The position numbers and the translations under genes are program-made. A DNA stretch of 64,000 nt from Orbicella franksi (taxonomy: Eukaryota), in NCBI GenBank assembly GCA_964199315.1, contig OZ116709.1:3968001-4032000 (forward strand). The letters run 5' to 3'. Each line of letters starts with the position of its first letter. Position 1 is the first letter of the stretch. Below are positions 1-12,041 of this stretch, one piece after another. The notes beneath the pieces were generated by a model, which had not been told where the DNA came from, did not search any database, and worked only from the letters and a program-made list of their open reading frames with translations.

Positions 1-9
1 TGGACCAGA

Positions 10-530
10 CCCCCAAGGGGCACTCAGTAAATTAATGGGTAGGGGTGGTGTGCCACAGGGACACTGAAACCATTACCCTATACGATACCATGATCAGCTT
101 GATTTTGCAACCCTGTTCTAGACTAGACATTGAAAACCCCTATGCTATCCCGGACTAGCTATTTTCCACACAGAAACTTTATCACTATCATGGTCCAACA
201 TACGCTAACTAAACCAATATCTTACAATGTCACTGTCGAGTTTCAGTTTCTAGGTCATAGAACTCTGGGCAAAACCCCTACACTATCCCAGACTAGCTAT
301 TTTCTACATAGAAACTCTATCACTATTGTAGTCCAACATATGCTATCTAAACCAATATCTCACAATGTCACTTTCGAGTTTCAATTTCTATTACAGAACT
401 CTGGGTAAAGAACCCTGTTCTAGACTAAATTATTTATACACTGGCCACTTTTCTGATAAATATTATACCCTATTCTAGACCAAAACTGTCTGATTTCTAT
501 ACCTGTTATCCTAGACTAAACTGCCTTTAA
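10..530. mobile_element. Truncated non-autonomous DNA element with an internal 138-bp tandem duplication
   Basis: The unit starting AAAACCCCTA at 133 recurs at 271 (period 138). 460-530 resembles the reverse complement of 27164-27230 inside the MITE at 27097-27501. Confidence 0.55.
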
Positions 531-902
531 TGTCACAGTCTTCATATTATACATGCAAATGCAAACAAAACATGCGAGTTGGGCTACGAAAGACAGTTTA
601 ATAGGACAACCTATATACTGCCTGGGACGGGCGGGGATGGGTAAAATACAATTGTACGAGTCGCCGATCATGCGACCTCGAGGAGAATATGATATGTGTA
701 AAGATAGGTGCGGCCAAAATACGATCTAAGAATACAATCCATTAAACCTAATTAACTCATACTAATTTGTATGAAAACCATACCCTTCACAACAGCACAT
801 ACCCATATTATATAGCTTATATATGGGAGTACCCTGGCCCCCAGGGGGCCAGACCATTAACCAGATAAGTAAAGGGAAAGAAAGAAACAGAAGGAGACTC
901 AC

Positions 903-2321
903 CAGTTTCCAAAACATCCCAAGATGCCTTCGCAATGTCTGACATGATGACATTATCTCTTCCATACTTTTCTCTAATAAGTAGCAATGAAAATTAAGTT
1001 AAAAGAGACAAAATCAGTTAACAATGAATTATCTTCTTCAATAACACAACAGCCTGCTTGACCAAATACGTGAATTGAAAGACCTTGGTGCATTCTTGTA
1101 GAAGTAACTTTCACTTTATACTCTTTCCAGAAGATTGACATTAGCACAAGATCTACGATCCAAGCAAGGTGAATTTAGTGTTGAGAGGTGTGTATGATTA
1201 ATATTACTATTACTAGAGGTTCTCAAGGACAATTTCAGAGATATTGAGCTAGTACTTTCACGACCACATGAGCTGAAAGCTTTCACATACAATCGTTTAA
1301 AAAAATTAAATAACCTAAGGTTGTATTTATGTCTGTAGGTATGTAGTGTCGAGTCACTGTGTGCTGAGTAAAATTTTCGATTTCATTTTTTTTACAAACT
1401 CAATGCACTTGTTCTATTCAGTTAAAATTCAAATTGCCGGTTTCATCATTGGCTTTTTTTCAATCACTCGAGCTGTTTTATAAGCTACGTTTGTATGAAC
1501 TGCTGAGTAAACGGTAGCAATTAGACTTAAGGCTGAGTCATCGATCGATTATTATTCAACATTTCATGCATATTTTAACGAGCCATTAAACTACGTCGCA
1601 ATGGTCATTCATAGGGACACTTATAGAGGGGGATTAAAGAAAATATTTTACGTCAAGGTAAAATGGACGGATTTGAAGGCGAAAACAACACAAACAGAAG
1701 TGCACACAACTTTGGTGTTGCGACCGCGTGGCTTGGAAAAGCGTAAAATTGATGTGGTTCGACGATCAGCTTAACCGGAAGATCTATGAACTTTGCCTGA
1801 CATCTTACCTCAGCATTCTTGCAAGGCCTCGTCCAAGTTGTCCTAAACTTCCTGAAAAAGCAAACCAAAGGCATAAGGTCGAATAATTCCACTTTCAAGA
1901 AACAAAGTGAATCTTTAAATCGAGTCTTTCGCCGACTTAATCACTTTAATTCATAGACATATCAAGGAATGTTGTTCAAACGCAATAGAGTTTCCGTTTG
2001 ACGGAAAAGGCGAAAACCCTCGAGGCTTAAATTCGTGTTAATAACAGAAGCATATCGAAGTTTCTCTTCACTAAATAACCAAAGTAGAAGCATGAAAGGC
2101 AAAAGGCGTTAAGACGACAAAACAGACGTTGAAAATGAATCATAATACGCTACAATACAAAGAGCGGGAAAGGTTGTGATTAACAGCTTTTCACCAGTCT
2201 TACCAGTGATTAAAATTCGAGGCGAATCCTTCTTGACGGCCGAGTAAAACGAACGGCTTTTCCCGAGGACATTTTCACTCACACAAGCCAAGTGACCCAA
2301 TTTTAAGCTTCTCGTAAACAT
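903..2321 (-). CDS. TDH: L-threonine 3-dehydrogenase, mitochondrial (SDR family); 5' part only, gene continues beyond the left edge
   Basis: Exons complement(2204..2321, 1809..1851, 903..973), all GT-AG with consistent phases (1, 2, 1). Translation: MFTRSLKLGHLACVSENVLGKSRSFYSAVKKDSPRILITGSLGQLGRGLARMLREKYGRDNVIMSDIAKASWDVLETG. It has a transit-peptide-like N-terminus and the Rossmann motif ILITGSLGQLG...KYG.DNVI.SDI typical of TDH. Confidence 0.9.
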
Positions 2322-3449
2322 TTTCGCACTCAAGTTAACGATCAAATAATCCGACGTACGCCAGACTTCTCTTTGCTATGAACTCATGAATTATGCACGA
2401 CTGTTTATGTTCCGCCACGCTCGAGGGCGTATTGGCGGTGTGTCGGGGGTGTGTTGATAACATCAGCCAATCATATGTCAGAATGAGCTAATTGGCATGC
2501 AAAGTGCACTAATGCACGTGCTGTTGCCTCGTGACGTTTGCCCGACGGACATGCGACATCTCCCATACTGGTTTTTCGCCTATTGTACTCCATATTTGAG
2601 ATCGATATCAAGGGAAGACAGCTTCACAGATTAAGTTTTAAGTACTCGATGTTTGCAAACATGAAAGAGTGTTTCCTATTGCAGGTTAAAAACGCGTAGG
2701 TTTCTCTAATAATTACATAAGTTATAGGTTTGCAACGAGGTTAGGGTGTTGCCCAAGATGTCTCGACGTTGCTTTAGTTATTACAACAGATGCTGCCAGA
2801 CATATCATTTCATTTTCATTTCATGAAAAAAGAACTATTTTACATGGCGATAATATGCTTGAAGAAAATATGTCGCAACCAAATGCCAAGACAAGTTGGA
2901 TGACCAAGTACTCTTCTCAAACTGCCGGAGGGGTTTTACGCTCCAGAGCAGGACGCAATTTTATCTGCTGGGAAGTTATGGGTCATCAGGTTCTCGGAAG
3001 CCATAGTATGCACTATTATTCTTAGATCTGGCGTCAAACAATGGATGTCTGTTGTTTCAGACCTACATGAGTGCAATATCTCATTTATAAGAAATTTTTC
3101 GCTTGATCTTTAATCTGCACCTCTTTTGTTCTCAGGGCTAGGGGCATGTTTGTTTGTGTTCTTTACCTATTGTTTCGTTTGTCCAATCATAAAGAACATT
3201 ATAAACAGTGCTGGTCGCCCCGAAACTACTTAATCTGTTTCTTGCGAAATGTGTTGTTTGATACACTTTTTGGCTCTTTTTTATCATTTTTTTTTAACAA
3301 TCTATTCATGCTAGTCTATTGCTGGCTTTTCTATTCGAACGCTAAGGGGAAAAGAAAAATAGTTCGAAATAGCGGAGATTCAAGATAACTGGGTCAGCAT
3401 AAAAATATGAAAATAACAATTAAGACCAATGGGAGTTGCTTTTTATTGA

Positions 3450-3586
3450 CCAAGGTTCGGAGGACGAGGTGCATCACAGTAAAAGATTAAAGTGTAATCA
3501 AGTCCAAATGCGTTTTTCCAGTTAAGACCTACACTTTAAGACCTTTAATCTTGTCCTGTAATGAGCTTTGTCTTCCGACCCTTGGT
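3450..3586. mobile_element. Short palindromic MITE-like element
   Basis: CCAAGGTTCGGAGGACGAGGTGCATCACAGTAAAAGATTAAAG pairs imperfectly with CTTTAATCTTGTCCTGTAATGAGCTTTGTCTTCCGACCCTTGG. Confidence 0.55.
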
Positions 3587-5770
3587 TGGGGGCGGGGAGG
3601 GGGGGGGGGGGCGGTTACAAGCAAGCGTCAGAGGCGCTAACTTGTAGGGGGTCTGGTCCCTGTCCCCTCAGACTTTTAACTTTGCTTTTTCTTCGAGTTA
3701 TGAACCATCTTCCCTACCCCCATCGCTCATCAAAAAATGTATGATTATGTGCACCCATTCTCGTTCATTGAACTGAAGTATGTAATGGCTCCAGAAAATG
3801 TCTGTTTCTCTTGCTTTTTATAATGACGAATTAATCACCCGAACAAAAAAAAAAAAAACCTACAATAGAAGACCTCTCAAAGTTTTTTGTAAGAACTTCA
3901 AAACTAGACTGAATCCAACATTTCGACGCTAGCTCAGTGAACACCTTGTACAACAGCCGGGTTTCGAAATGACCGGGTTTCAGCAATTTTCTTTATAACA
4001 TGTATCCATTTGTTGAAAGGTTGGGAGGGAGTCCTGTGTTCTGAAACAGGAAGTCCACCGCGAGGTGCCGATAAAAGAAGTTCTTCTGGTACCTCTTTAG
4101 GCCTATGCGTTGTAAATGTATGTTTATTAGAATTGGGATTTCATTCAAACTGTGTCGAGTTCAGGCATCCTTTAAAAGTTGTTTAAACAACATACGTTTC
4201 TTTCCAGGTTGCTGCTTGTTTAAAGGTTTAAATGTAAATTCTTCATCAAATGTTTAAATGTAAATTCTAGATCAATCCATATTCATGTTACCCTTTCCAT
4301 TTGGACACCTCTCCACCTTCCTTATTACCTCCTGTCAAAATTTATCAAATTCGAGGAAGAGTGGAAAATAAATAAATACATGAGGAACACAGTGTTCGGA
4401 TAGAATGTTAGGCTGCAGGAGGCTGCAGTGATATTTAGATGGCTTGTAGTTGTAGGTACCAATAAAAGAGATAATTGGGCAAAATGATCCTATCGTGATA
4501 GGTGCCAAATTCTTGCGGTCCGGGAGCCAGTAGGATAAATGTTAGAAGAATATACGGCCTGCATAAGATGCATAAGGGGCTGAAATTTTGAGTGATAGCT
4601 GAGCTATCGCAGGAAATGTAATTGGCTATATATACAGCGGAAATTTCCTGTGGACGTTTCCGGAAAATCCGAAAATTGTTCAATTTCTACGACCCCATCA
4701 ATGGAAAATTAAAAAAACTAGTGCTGGAAACTCAATATACGGGAAATACCCGGTGCGTAATTGTCAAAAATTTTCTTCGTAAGGTTCTCCTCAAATCCGG
4801 ATGTCGTTGAAGCCAGTAGAAAGCAAACTAATGAAAGGAGCCAATCAGGAATCAGGACTACCCACGAGGGACAGCGCCATTCAGATTGACAGGTCCTCCT
4901 CGCGTCTTGAATATCACTGAAAAACAAGTCAAGTAGGAGAAATGACGCATTGTCACAGAACGTGCAGTTACTTTGCTGAAAGGAACGCAGTTTTGCGTTC
5001 AAAAACTCCAAAACTAGTTCCAAAAATGCTTTATTTAGTAGTTGTTTACCGAGTTACAATCAATGACGTAAGATGACAGAAAGGCCCCTGCAACGAAGCA
5101 AACCAATTACAGAAGAGTATCAGCCCACGTGGTACTAGGTCAAACCAGGCGCAACACAAGTTTCACTCTCGACAAACAATTTGCAGCCCTCGAAACACTT
5201 TCGTTCAGTCAAGAGATGCGCGAAATTTTTCGTTCTTCGCCAGCTTCTGTCAGCGAGGTAATATTGCTCAACTTATTGAATGGGACAAAGTTAAACAGGT
5301 GAGTGCCTTTGCTGTTGGAAGTCTCCCAGTGTTCACAACATGAAAAATTCCTGGGCGGCGTACTCTGGGGAAGAAACACGTGGTTTCATGCCGAAGTATA
5401 AAATTCAATATTTGCGCATGAAAAAATGTATTATTTTTGACCGGTTATGTATAAATTACATATTCTTCAGCAAATTCCCCTAATTTTACTTTTGTTAACA
5501 GGATTTGCAAGAAATGAAAAACTTTTGCCTGGTGAATATGTGACTTTGTGAAAAATGTTCCCGCCAACACGCTTTGCAGTTGCCCGCAGACCGCCGTGGA
5601 AAGAAAACGCTCGCAGTTTGAGTGGTAAGAATTACTCACTGTAATACTTGAAAGAAAGTAAATTATTAAGCATCTATTTTCATCATTCTTCACAAAATTT
5701 TGTAAAAGTTCTTTTCATAATTTAAGAAATGAAGACAAGCAAGGTTCCCGCGAGAGGTTATGAATAGAGA

Positions 5771-6180
5771 GTTTAAGCATGACGTTTACGGCAGACGACA
5801 AACGGCAAAGATTACCTCTGAATTTTTATTCTTTTCTTTTAAACCTTAAATAAATCACAGAAAAATAGAAAAACGTCTCCTACTATTCACCGCAAATACA
5901 AATATTTTAACTCTACTCTACAGACAGCTGAAGACTGACAGCAAACGTTTCATTTTTGCCGTTTGACGGAACGTCATGCTTAAACGGCAAACGGGAAAAA
6001 TTGCCTCAGTCTAATTTTTTCTTTTCCTCTAATCCTTAAACCATTTCAACACAAAAATAGAAAAAAATTCTCCTATTGACAGAAAATACAAATAATCTCT
6101 CTAACGTGTACCCGCGGCTAAAAAAACAACGTCAAAAGACGGTTTAGTTTTTGCCGTTTGCCGTAACGTCATTCTTAACC
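5771..6180. mobile_element. Two abutting copies of a ~200-bp TIR MITE
   Basis: TIR GTTTAAGCATGACGTT (5771) / AACGTCATGCTTAAAC (ends 5985). A second related copy follows immediately and ends TTTTTGCCGTTTGCCGTAACGTCATTCTTAACC at ~6180. Confidence 0.75.
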
Positions 6181-6878
6181 AATTTTTCCCGTGGTACAAA
6201 ATACTTTCGAAATGTTTTTTCCCTTGTCATCTTAGTTTGTGCTCTAACTGTATTTTTGTTGCAGGATTTGCTCGAGGGCGTGAGAAATTTTATCTCGGAA
6301 GACTTCGTCAAAAACGCTGCTGTCACGCACACCCGCGAAGTGGAAAGACTGGGACAGTTCCAAAGTTGAAAGGTAAGTCTACTTGAATTAAAGCAACTAT
6401 CAAATACCTGGTTTTATTATTCTTCACAAAAAATGTTCTAAGTGTTTTTCATAATACAACAATGCGGACTAAAAAGGTTCCCGCGCAAAACGAAGCGGCA
6501 ATTTCTGAAGTGACTAAACAAACACGTTTCCAAAGTATTTTGTTACTTGTGTTACTTTGTACATGTAAGCATCCGGTTAGGCTTTTAAAACATTTCATCT
6601 CTATAAGCTCTGTCTGTGTCAAAATGAACGAGTAAATTTAAGGAAACAATGTTGGAATTCTAGTGTAGTCAATTCTTTTTTATTTGTGTGGGTTTCATTA
6701 CAGAACTAAGCCTGTAATTCTTGTGCTTGTTACCAGTTGTTATTGTTTTAGGGCGAGGGGCATTGTTTCTGGTGTTTGTCCTATTGTCCTCACGAAAGGC
6801 ATTAAACTATTCATGTGAGACCTTATGAGAGCTGCTACCCAACCCTTTTATTATCAGAATTCGAGACAATAATATTAA

Positions 6879-7176
6879 GGGGTGGACCATTTTACTTTAA
6901 AGCAAATGGGGTGGGGGGAGGGGGGATTTTTTTTAAAAAAAATAATATTCTGCAAGCATACTTGTACCAAAACAATTCATGCTCATGGCTACTGCAAAAC
7001 AAGATTTATGCACATTCAGTGAGCCAAAGAAAGCATGTTGTATGGCGAAAAAAATATTGTGCATACACACATCCTGAGAAAAAATTTCCCAGTCCATGAA
7101 AGGGGTAAAAAAATTGTGCCTGTAACAAATCACCCACACCCCAAGGCCCCAACTAAAATATCAAATGGTGCACCCC
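6879..7176. mobile_element. PIF/Harbinger-type MITE
   Basis: TIR GGGGTGGACCATTT / AAATGGTGCACCCC (13 of 14 match), flanked by TAA on both sides (6876-6878, 7177-7179). Confidence 0.75.
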
Positions 7177-7289
7177 TAAAGCAGTATAATCTAACTTGGT
7201 GTTTCAAATTATCAAATTATTAATCACTAACTTGGTTTAAGAAACATAATTTATGTAGAACACACTACCTCTTTGTTCTTACAACTCTT

Positions 7290-10200
7290 CCATTTTTCCT
7301 TTCATTAGTTCCCGACGAGCAAATAGTAACTGGTTGTATGGTCAGTTTTACCAATACAAGATTTCGGCTCCACCCACTATACACAAGATCTGACTCCGAC
7401 TCGATCAACACATGTGGAAGTATTGGAATGGTTGGGAAGAACACTCTTTTCTTTCCTCCTTTCTACTGTCTACTGCTAATTATGATTTACCCAGACAAGA
7501 AGTTTGGAAACAAGTCAGTAAGATTCTGATGGAGGATGTTGGTCAGTGAAATTATTTGTGGGTTGGGTGGGAAGGGTTAAATAGAGCTCTGGTTGAACCT
7601 TGAATCAAATTTCGGCCAGAAGTCAATGTACTTCTGATTCGGCTTAAGTAACTGTAGTTAATGTAGTTAGATTAGTTAATGGGGTCCCAGGTTTGGGATG
7701 GCTCCTCCCTTTAGATTTTTCCATTGGGTTTCTTTTCAGGATTTTCGGACAAGTTCTGGCTTCACTTCACACTAGTTCGGCTCAACTTTGCCTGTACTTC
7801 AACACTACATCGGCTCCATTTCGGCTCTACTTCAGCATAAGTTTCACTTCAATTCGGTTTTGCTGCATCTCCCTGCTTAGTTGCACAATATACTGAAACA
7901 ATTTGATGTGTAAAAGTTTCACTCAATGGCAGTGAGTCTAAGCGCTGTAATTGACTGAAACTATGCCGACCAAAACCATTTCTCAAAACTGTTATGGAAA
8001 ACCATTTTGGCACTAAAGGTTCAACCAGATATTTACTTAAATGTAGGTTACTGTAGCTGTTATCTCCAGTTGTAGCCATTAAGGCTTGGGTAAATGAGCA
8101 GTTAGAAGGGATTATGCATACACCTCGGCTAGGATCGTTCACAAAAACACCTAGGCCAATTGTCTGTCATATTTTGGCAGTTTGATGGCTGCCAGTCAAA
8201 ATTTTGGGCCATTATCGCTGGTTAAATTTTAATGCTTTAAGTCAATTGTCTTCTTGCCATGGCAGTCATCTGTCAGCTAAATTTTCAGAAAGTCATTAAT
8301 TTTTCCAGAGTGTATTGTAAGCTCTCAGTTTCAATGCTGGCCCACATGTTAGTTTTCAGTGCAAACTCTTAGGCCAATTGTCTGTCATGACAGTTTGTCA
8401 GCTGTCGCCAAATTTTTGATATATAATCTACATGCTGACGAGCTTGGAGAGGAGTTCCTGTGTCTACAAGCCATCGACCCACACAAAGAAGGGAATGGTG
8501 AACACCATGGCATAAGGTACGTGGAACCTAGATAGCACACTGTGTTGTATTACACGGGAATGCACCATTCGCTGATCTAATCTAAGCTTTTGCCAATTCC
8601 ACCACAAGTGAAATGCTTAGTAAACATCATCTGAACTATTTTTTTTTTTACCAAATCACTATCCAGACAATATCAACAATATTTGGGATTCACGGCTTAG
8701 ATTGGAAAGAGTGGCGTATTCAAGTGTAGAACAACAGATCTCGATTTTCGGCTTTTGATTCGGCTTTTGGTTCGGCTTTCAGTTTGGCTTTTGGTTCGGC
8801 TTTCGGTTCAGGACACAATTGGCTCAAATTTGTTGCACAAAGGCTTGGTTGCGACTGTCAATCGTTAGCAGGCCACTTAATATGCTCATGTATCATCTGG
8901 GACACCCTGAGTGTTCCAATCAGAGTGCTAAATGGCACAGGAAGGTTTCTGCGGATGCCAAATTTTTCAAATAGGAACGCGCCCCCTCCCTGATACATAC
9001 TTAGGTCCTGTGGATTAATTTAGAAATGATGTAACGGATACTTGATAACAATAAAACAAGAAAAGCCTGTGTCTCTTCGTCATTTACTTTAAATTTAGTT
9101 TTAACTTTAAATTACTGTGTGTTTGTGTTAACTACTTCCAGACAATAGAAAATTTACATATTCAAGTTTATTATTTTTTCTATACTTCTGACCGAGCCTA
9201 TTTTCGGGGGCATACCAAACAGTCAAAAACAAGAATGCGCGATCTTGTATACAATTATGTAGGTCCTGTGGATTACTGTAGAAATGATGGAATAATGGCA
9301 CACCTGGAAACAATAAAACCCAAAAAACCTGTTGTCTGTGTCACTTTCTTTAATGTTAACACAACAATGCTGTTAAATTGCTAACAATTTTTATTTCAGG
9401 ATCTTCACCTCAACAAGGTCTATTTTTGATACTTAAATTTGTATGATCGGTGGTATAACAAATTTGGCCAATTAAAGAGAAAATCAAACTGTGATATTGT
9501 CAGCAGACCAGTCCATTTTCGGGGACTAGCTCATTTTCGGGAACATTGTCACAACATTTTGTTTTTTGCAAACGCTTAATTCTGAAACAATGATGCAGTT
9601 ACTAACTGAAACTTTCAATGCAGTTTTTGCAGGTATGAAAAGCTAACCTAAGAAGAGACAGAGAGAGGAAAAGAGGTCTACAAACAACATGCCCTTCTTC
9701 AAACATGGTAGGTCCAATACTTCAAACAGTTTGGCAACACAGTAGCATTTCTGTTTTAGTTTTCAGACCACCAACTTCATGTCAGTCAAATCCAGGCATG
9801 AAGAAATAGATACTCTGATATATAATCGGAAAGAGGTAAATAATCTACCTCATCATTCTAACTTTACAATACTGATAGGAGTCCTGGTGACAAGAATTTG
9901 CATAATATTTTGACTGTTGAGAAATCAAGGAAAGTCATATCATTTTGCAGCAGTGAATAAATGAAGCAGGCATGGTTGATTTGTTTCTGAAAACATAAAA
10001 GGCGTGTGCATAATTTTTTCTTTTGACCAAGTAAGTGTAGGACAACAAAACAATAGGCATCTTATCTATGAGGAGCTTAAAAGATGCAAGAATAAGGGTG
10101 TTTGTGGAGAAGTGAGAATTATACACAATAATTGTAAAAATAGTAGATTGTCTGTTGTAGGAATCAACTTGAATACATTCACATAAATTTTTCGAGTATA

Positions 10201-10320
10201 CAACTGATGCAATTGAGATGAGCAAATTGTCTGCTATGGAGAGAAAGTCACAAAGGAAAACAATTAAGCAGAGTACAGAAAATACAAATACGATTGTCTG
10301 TTGAGAAAGTAAAATAAGAC
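7290..10320 (+). repeat. Segmental direct repeat, copy 1 (~3 kb; copy 2 at ~17340-20450)
   Basis: Long collinear match at an offset of ~10,007 bp, e.g. GGAAACAAGTCAGTAA at ~7506 and ~17513. The core 7510-9250 is near-identical by eye and the flanks are more diverged. Ends are approximate. Confidence 0.9.
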
Positions 10321-10429
10321 ACCATTTTTCAACTGCATGCACTTAACATTTACAAATTAATAAAAGTGTTTTATAGTACGTAGCTCTCATTAACATTGAA
10401 TGCCACTCAAAAACAGCTTGTTAGTTTTG

Positions 10430-10856
10430 CAGGTTACAGTGAACCTCTACAAGCCATGCTGGTACACACCACAGAAGCTCACACCATCCTAATCACCGGT
10501 GCAATGTGACAGGACATTATACAACCTTCAACAAAGCCTTCCCACAAAAGCCAGAGAGTGCCATGGCCTTTCTGAATATGTCCAGCATTTAATACCTACT
10601 CAAAGACCTCTTGGACCTCTTAGATTTCACAATGAGATGGGCAGGATTTACTATGGGGCAAGCTAGGTGCATCCCTGTTCCCTCAGCTATCACAGATGAA
10701 TTTGAAGTACAGGCAATATCTTCTGCAACCCGCAAATCTAAGATGTAAATGGCATTGGAAGGAAGCACCACATAGATGATACTTTCAACATCCATTCTTC
10801 AGGGAGAACATTTACGTGCATCACCTTATCTCCTCCCAGCCCAAAATATCTATCTG
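10430..10856 (+). mobile_element. Penelope-like reverse transcriptase relic
   Basis: Frameshifted translation gives DLLDLLDF..., GFTMG...EFEVQAISSATRKSKM, HIDDTFNI and HHLISSQPKISI. These match the order of Penelope RT motifs (DLL.F, G.AMG, FE..A....P..W.RY(V/I)DDTF, HLN.Q.P.I.FT). Confidence 0.6.
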
Positions 10857-10985
10857 TGGTACCAACCAATATTATGGGTATAAAACCAAGCAGGGAAAAA
10901 TCTGTGCTAATGTGCCTGGTTTCACCTTGAATGAATGTTGTTTTTCTCAAGTACAAAGTTATGAAATGCTTCGTTCACCAGAGAC
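10857..10985 (+). mobile_element. Fragment resembling Polinton/Maverick-type protein-primed DNA polymerase B C-terminus
   Basis: GTNQYYGYKTKQGKICANVPGFTLNECCFSQVQSYEMLR resembles the family pattern GPKNYGYKT..GK..CKVRGFTLN.....QLNY..(L/M)R, recalled from memory. No DTDS motif was found nearby. Confidence 0.45.
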
Positions 10986-12041
10986 CTATGTCCTGGAGGT
11001 GGTTGAAGGTTCCTGTGAGGGGAAGCTTACCTCTTTGGAGGGTGCTGCTGTCATGTGAGTTATGAAAAATGCTCTGATTCACATTCAATAAACCCCGCAT
11101 CAGTGCAAGTCTAAGCAGCTTGGCAAGGTTATACATGTTGTCCAAGTCAACCAGGCTATGCCATTTCTCATAAGTCCCGTCAGAATTTGCACTATTTGCT
11201 TTAGAACAGCTTATGTTTAATATTTTAGACTCTCACTGGTACACCTGCAGAGCAGCAAGACTTCACCCTAAAAGCATTAACTGGCATAATGGAATCAAAA
11301 TCTCTGAAACTTTGCTGCCAGGGCAATAGAAGACCAGTACATTCATGGACCATTGAGGAAAGAAGCCAGAACAGTTAAGGTCAAAGCTGGATGTGAAGCA
11401 TTGCCTGATGAAGACTAACAGTTAGCAGTTGTAGCATCTCACTTGACAACATCACAAGACAAAGGATTACCCTTCAGTACCAACTTGAACACAATGACAA
11501 ATACCCATCTTATCAAGAAAAACAGTGATTAGTCACTAATCAAACAGTCGTGTTGAGCAGTGTCTTTATGGTGCTGAAAAGCAAAGAGAATCGCGAGTCT
11601 AATAGCGTGTGGAGCACATCTTGCTTGAATAAAGCTTATCAAAAATTTCTCCTTTTCTTCCTGTATTTTCCAGTGCACAATTCCATGTGGAGGCAAGTAG
11701 AGTTGTGGAACTCTGTGTGGTATCAGTTGGCCTTTGTGGTTTGTTTCAACTTGAAGCACAGAAGCTCTTTTATGCTTTTCTCCATGCCTAAATAAACTTG
11801 CTTATATGATCCAAAACATCTGCTCTTGAAAAGTCTATCTGTATGAAAGAACTATGGATCACCTCTCAGACAGAACAAGCTTCTCTCTCAGCTCTGTAAG
11901 TCCTAAGATACAGCTTTGCTTCTCGCTGAGTTTCAGTATTAGATTGCGTTCAGGCAATACCTTCAAACAACTCTGCATATCTGAGTTTTAGTGTCTTCAG
12001 AGAATTTAATTGTTGAACATCAAGTCATGTTGTTTGGTGTA

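Larger units (their letters stand above)
5216..9905 (+). pseudogene. Decayed multi-exon protein-coding gene of unrecognised family, copy 1
   Basis: Candidate exons: 5216..5257 (MREIFRSSPASVSE), 5502..5624 and 6265..6372 (duplicated exon), 7309.., ~8431..8516, 9400..9417, ~9633..9707, 9760..9835, 9879..9905. Splice sites and exon lengths are shared with copy 2. In-frame stops occur at 9649 and 9888. Confidence 0.55.

Noticed and set aside
11200-11800. Possible further retroelement (endonuclease) relic
   Set aside because: Only vague similarity (EEKEKF). No ordered set of motifs could be supported.
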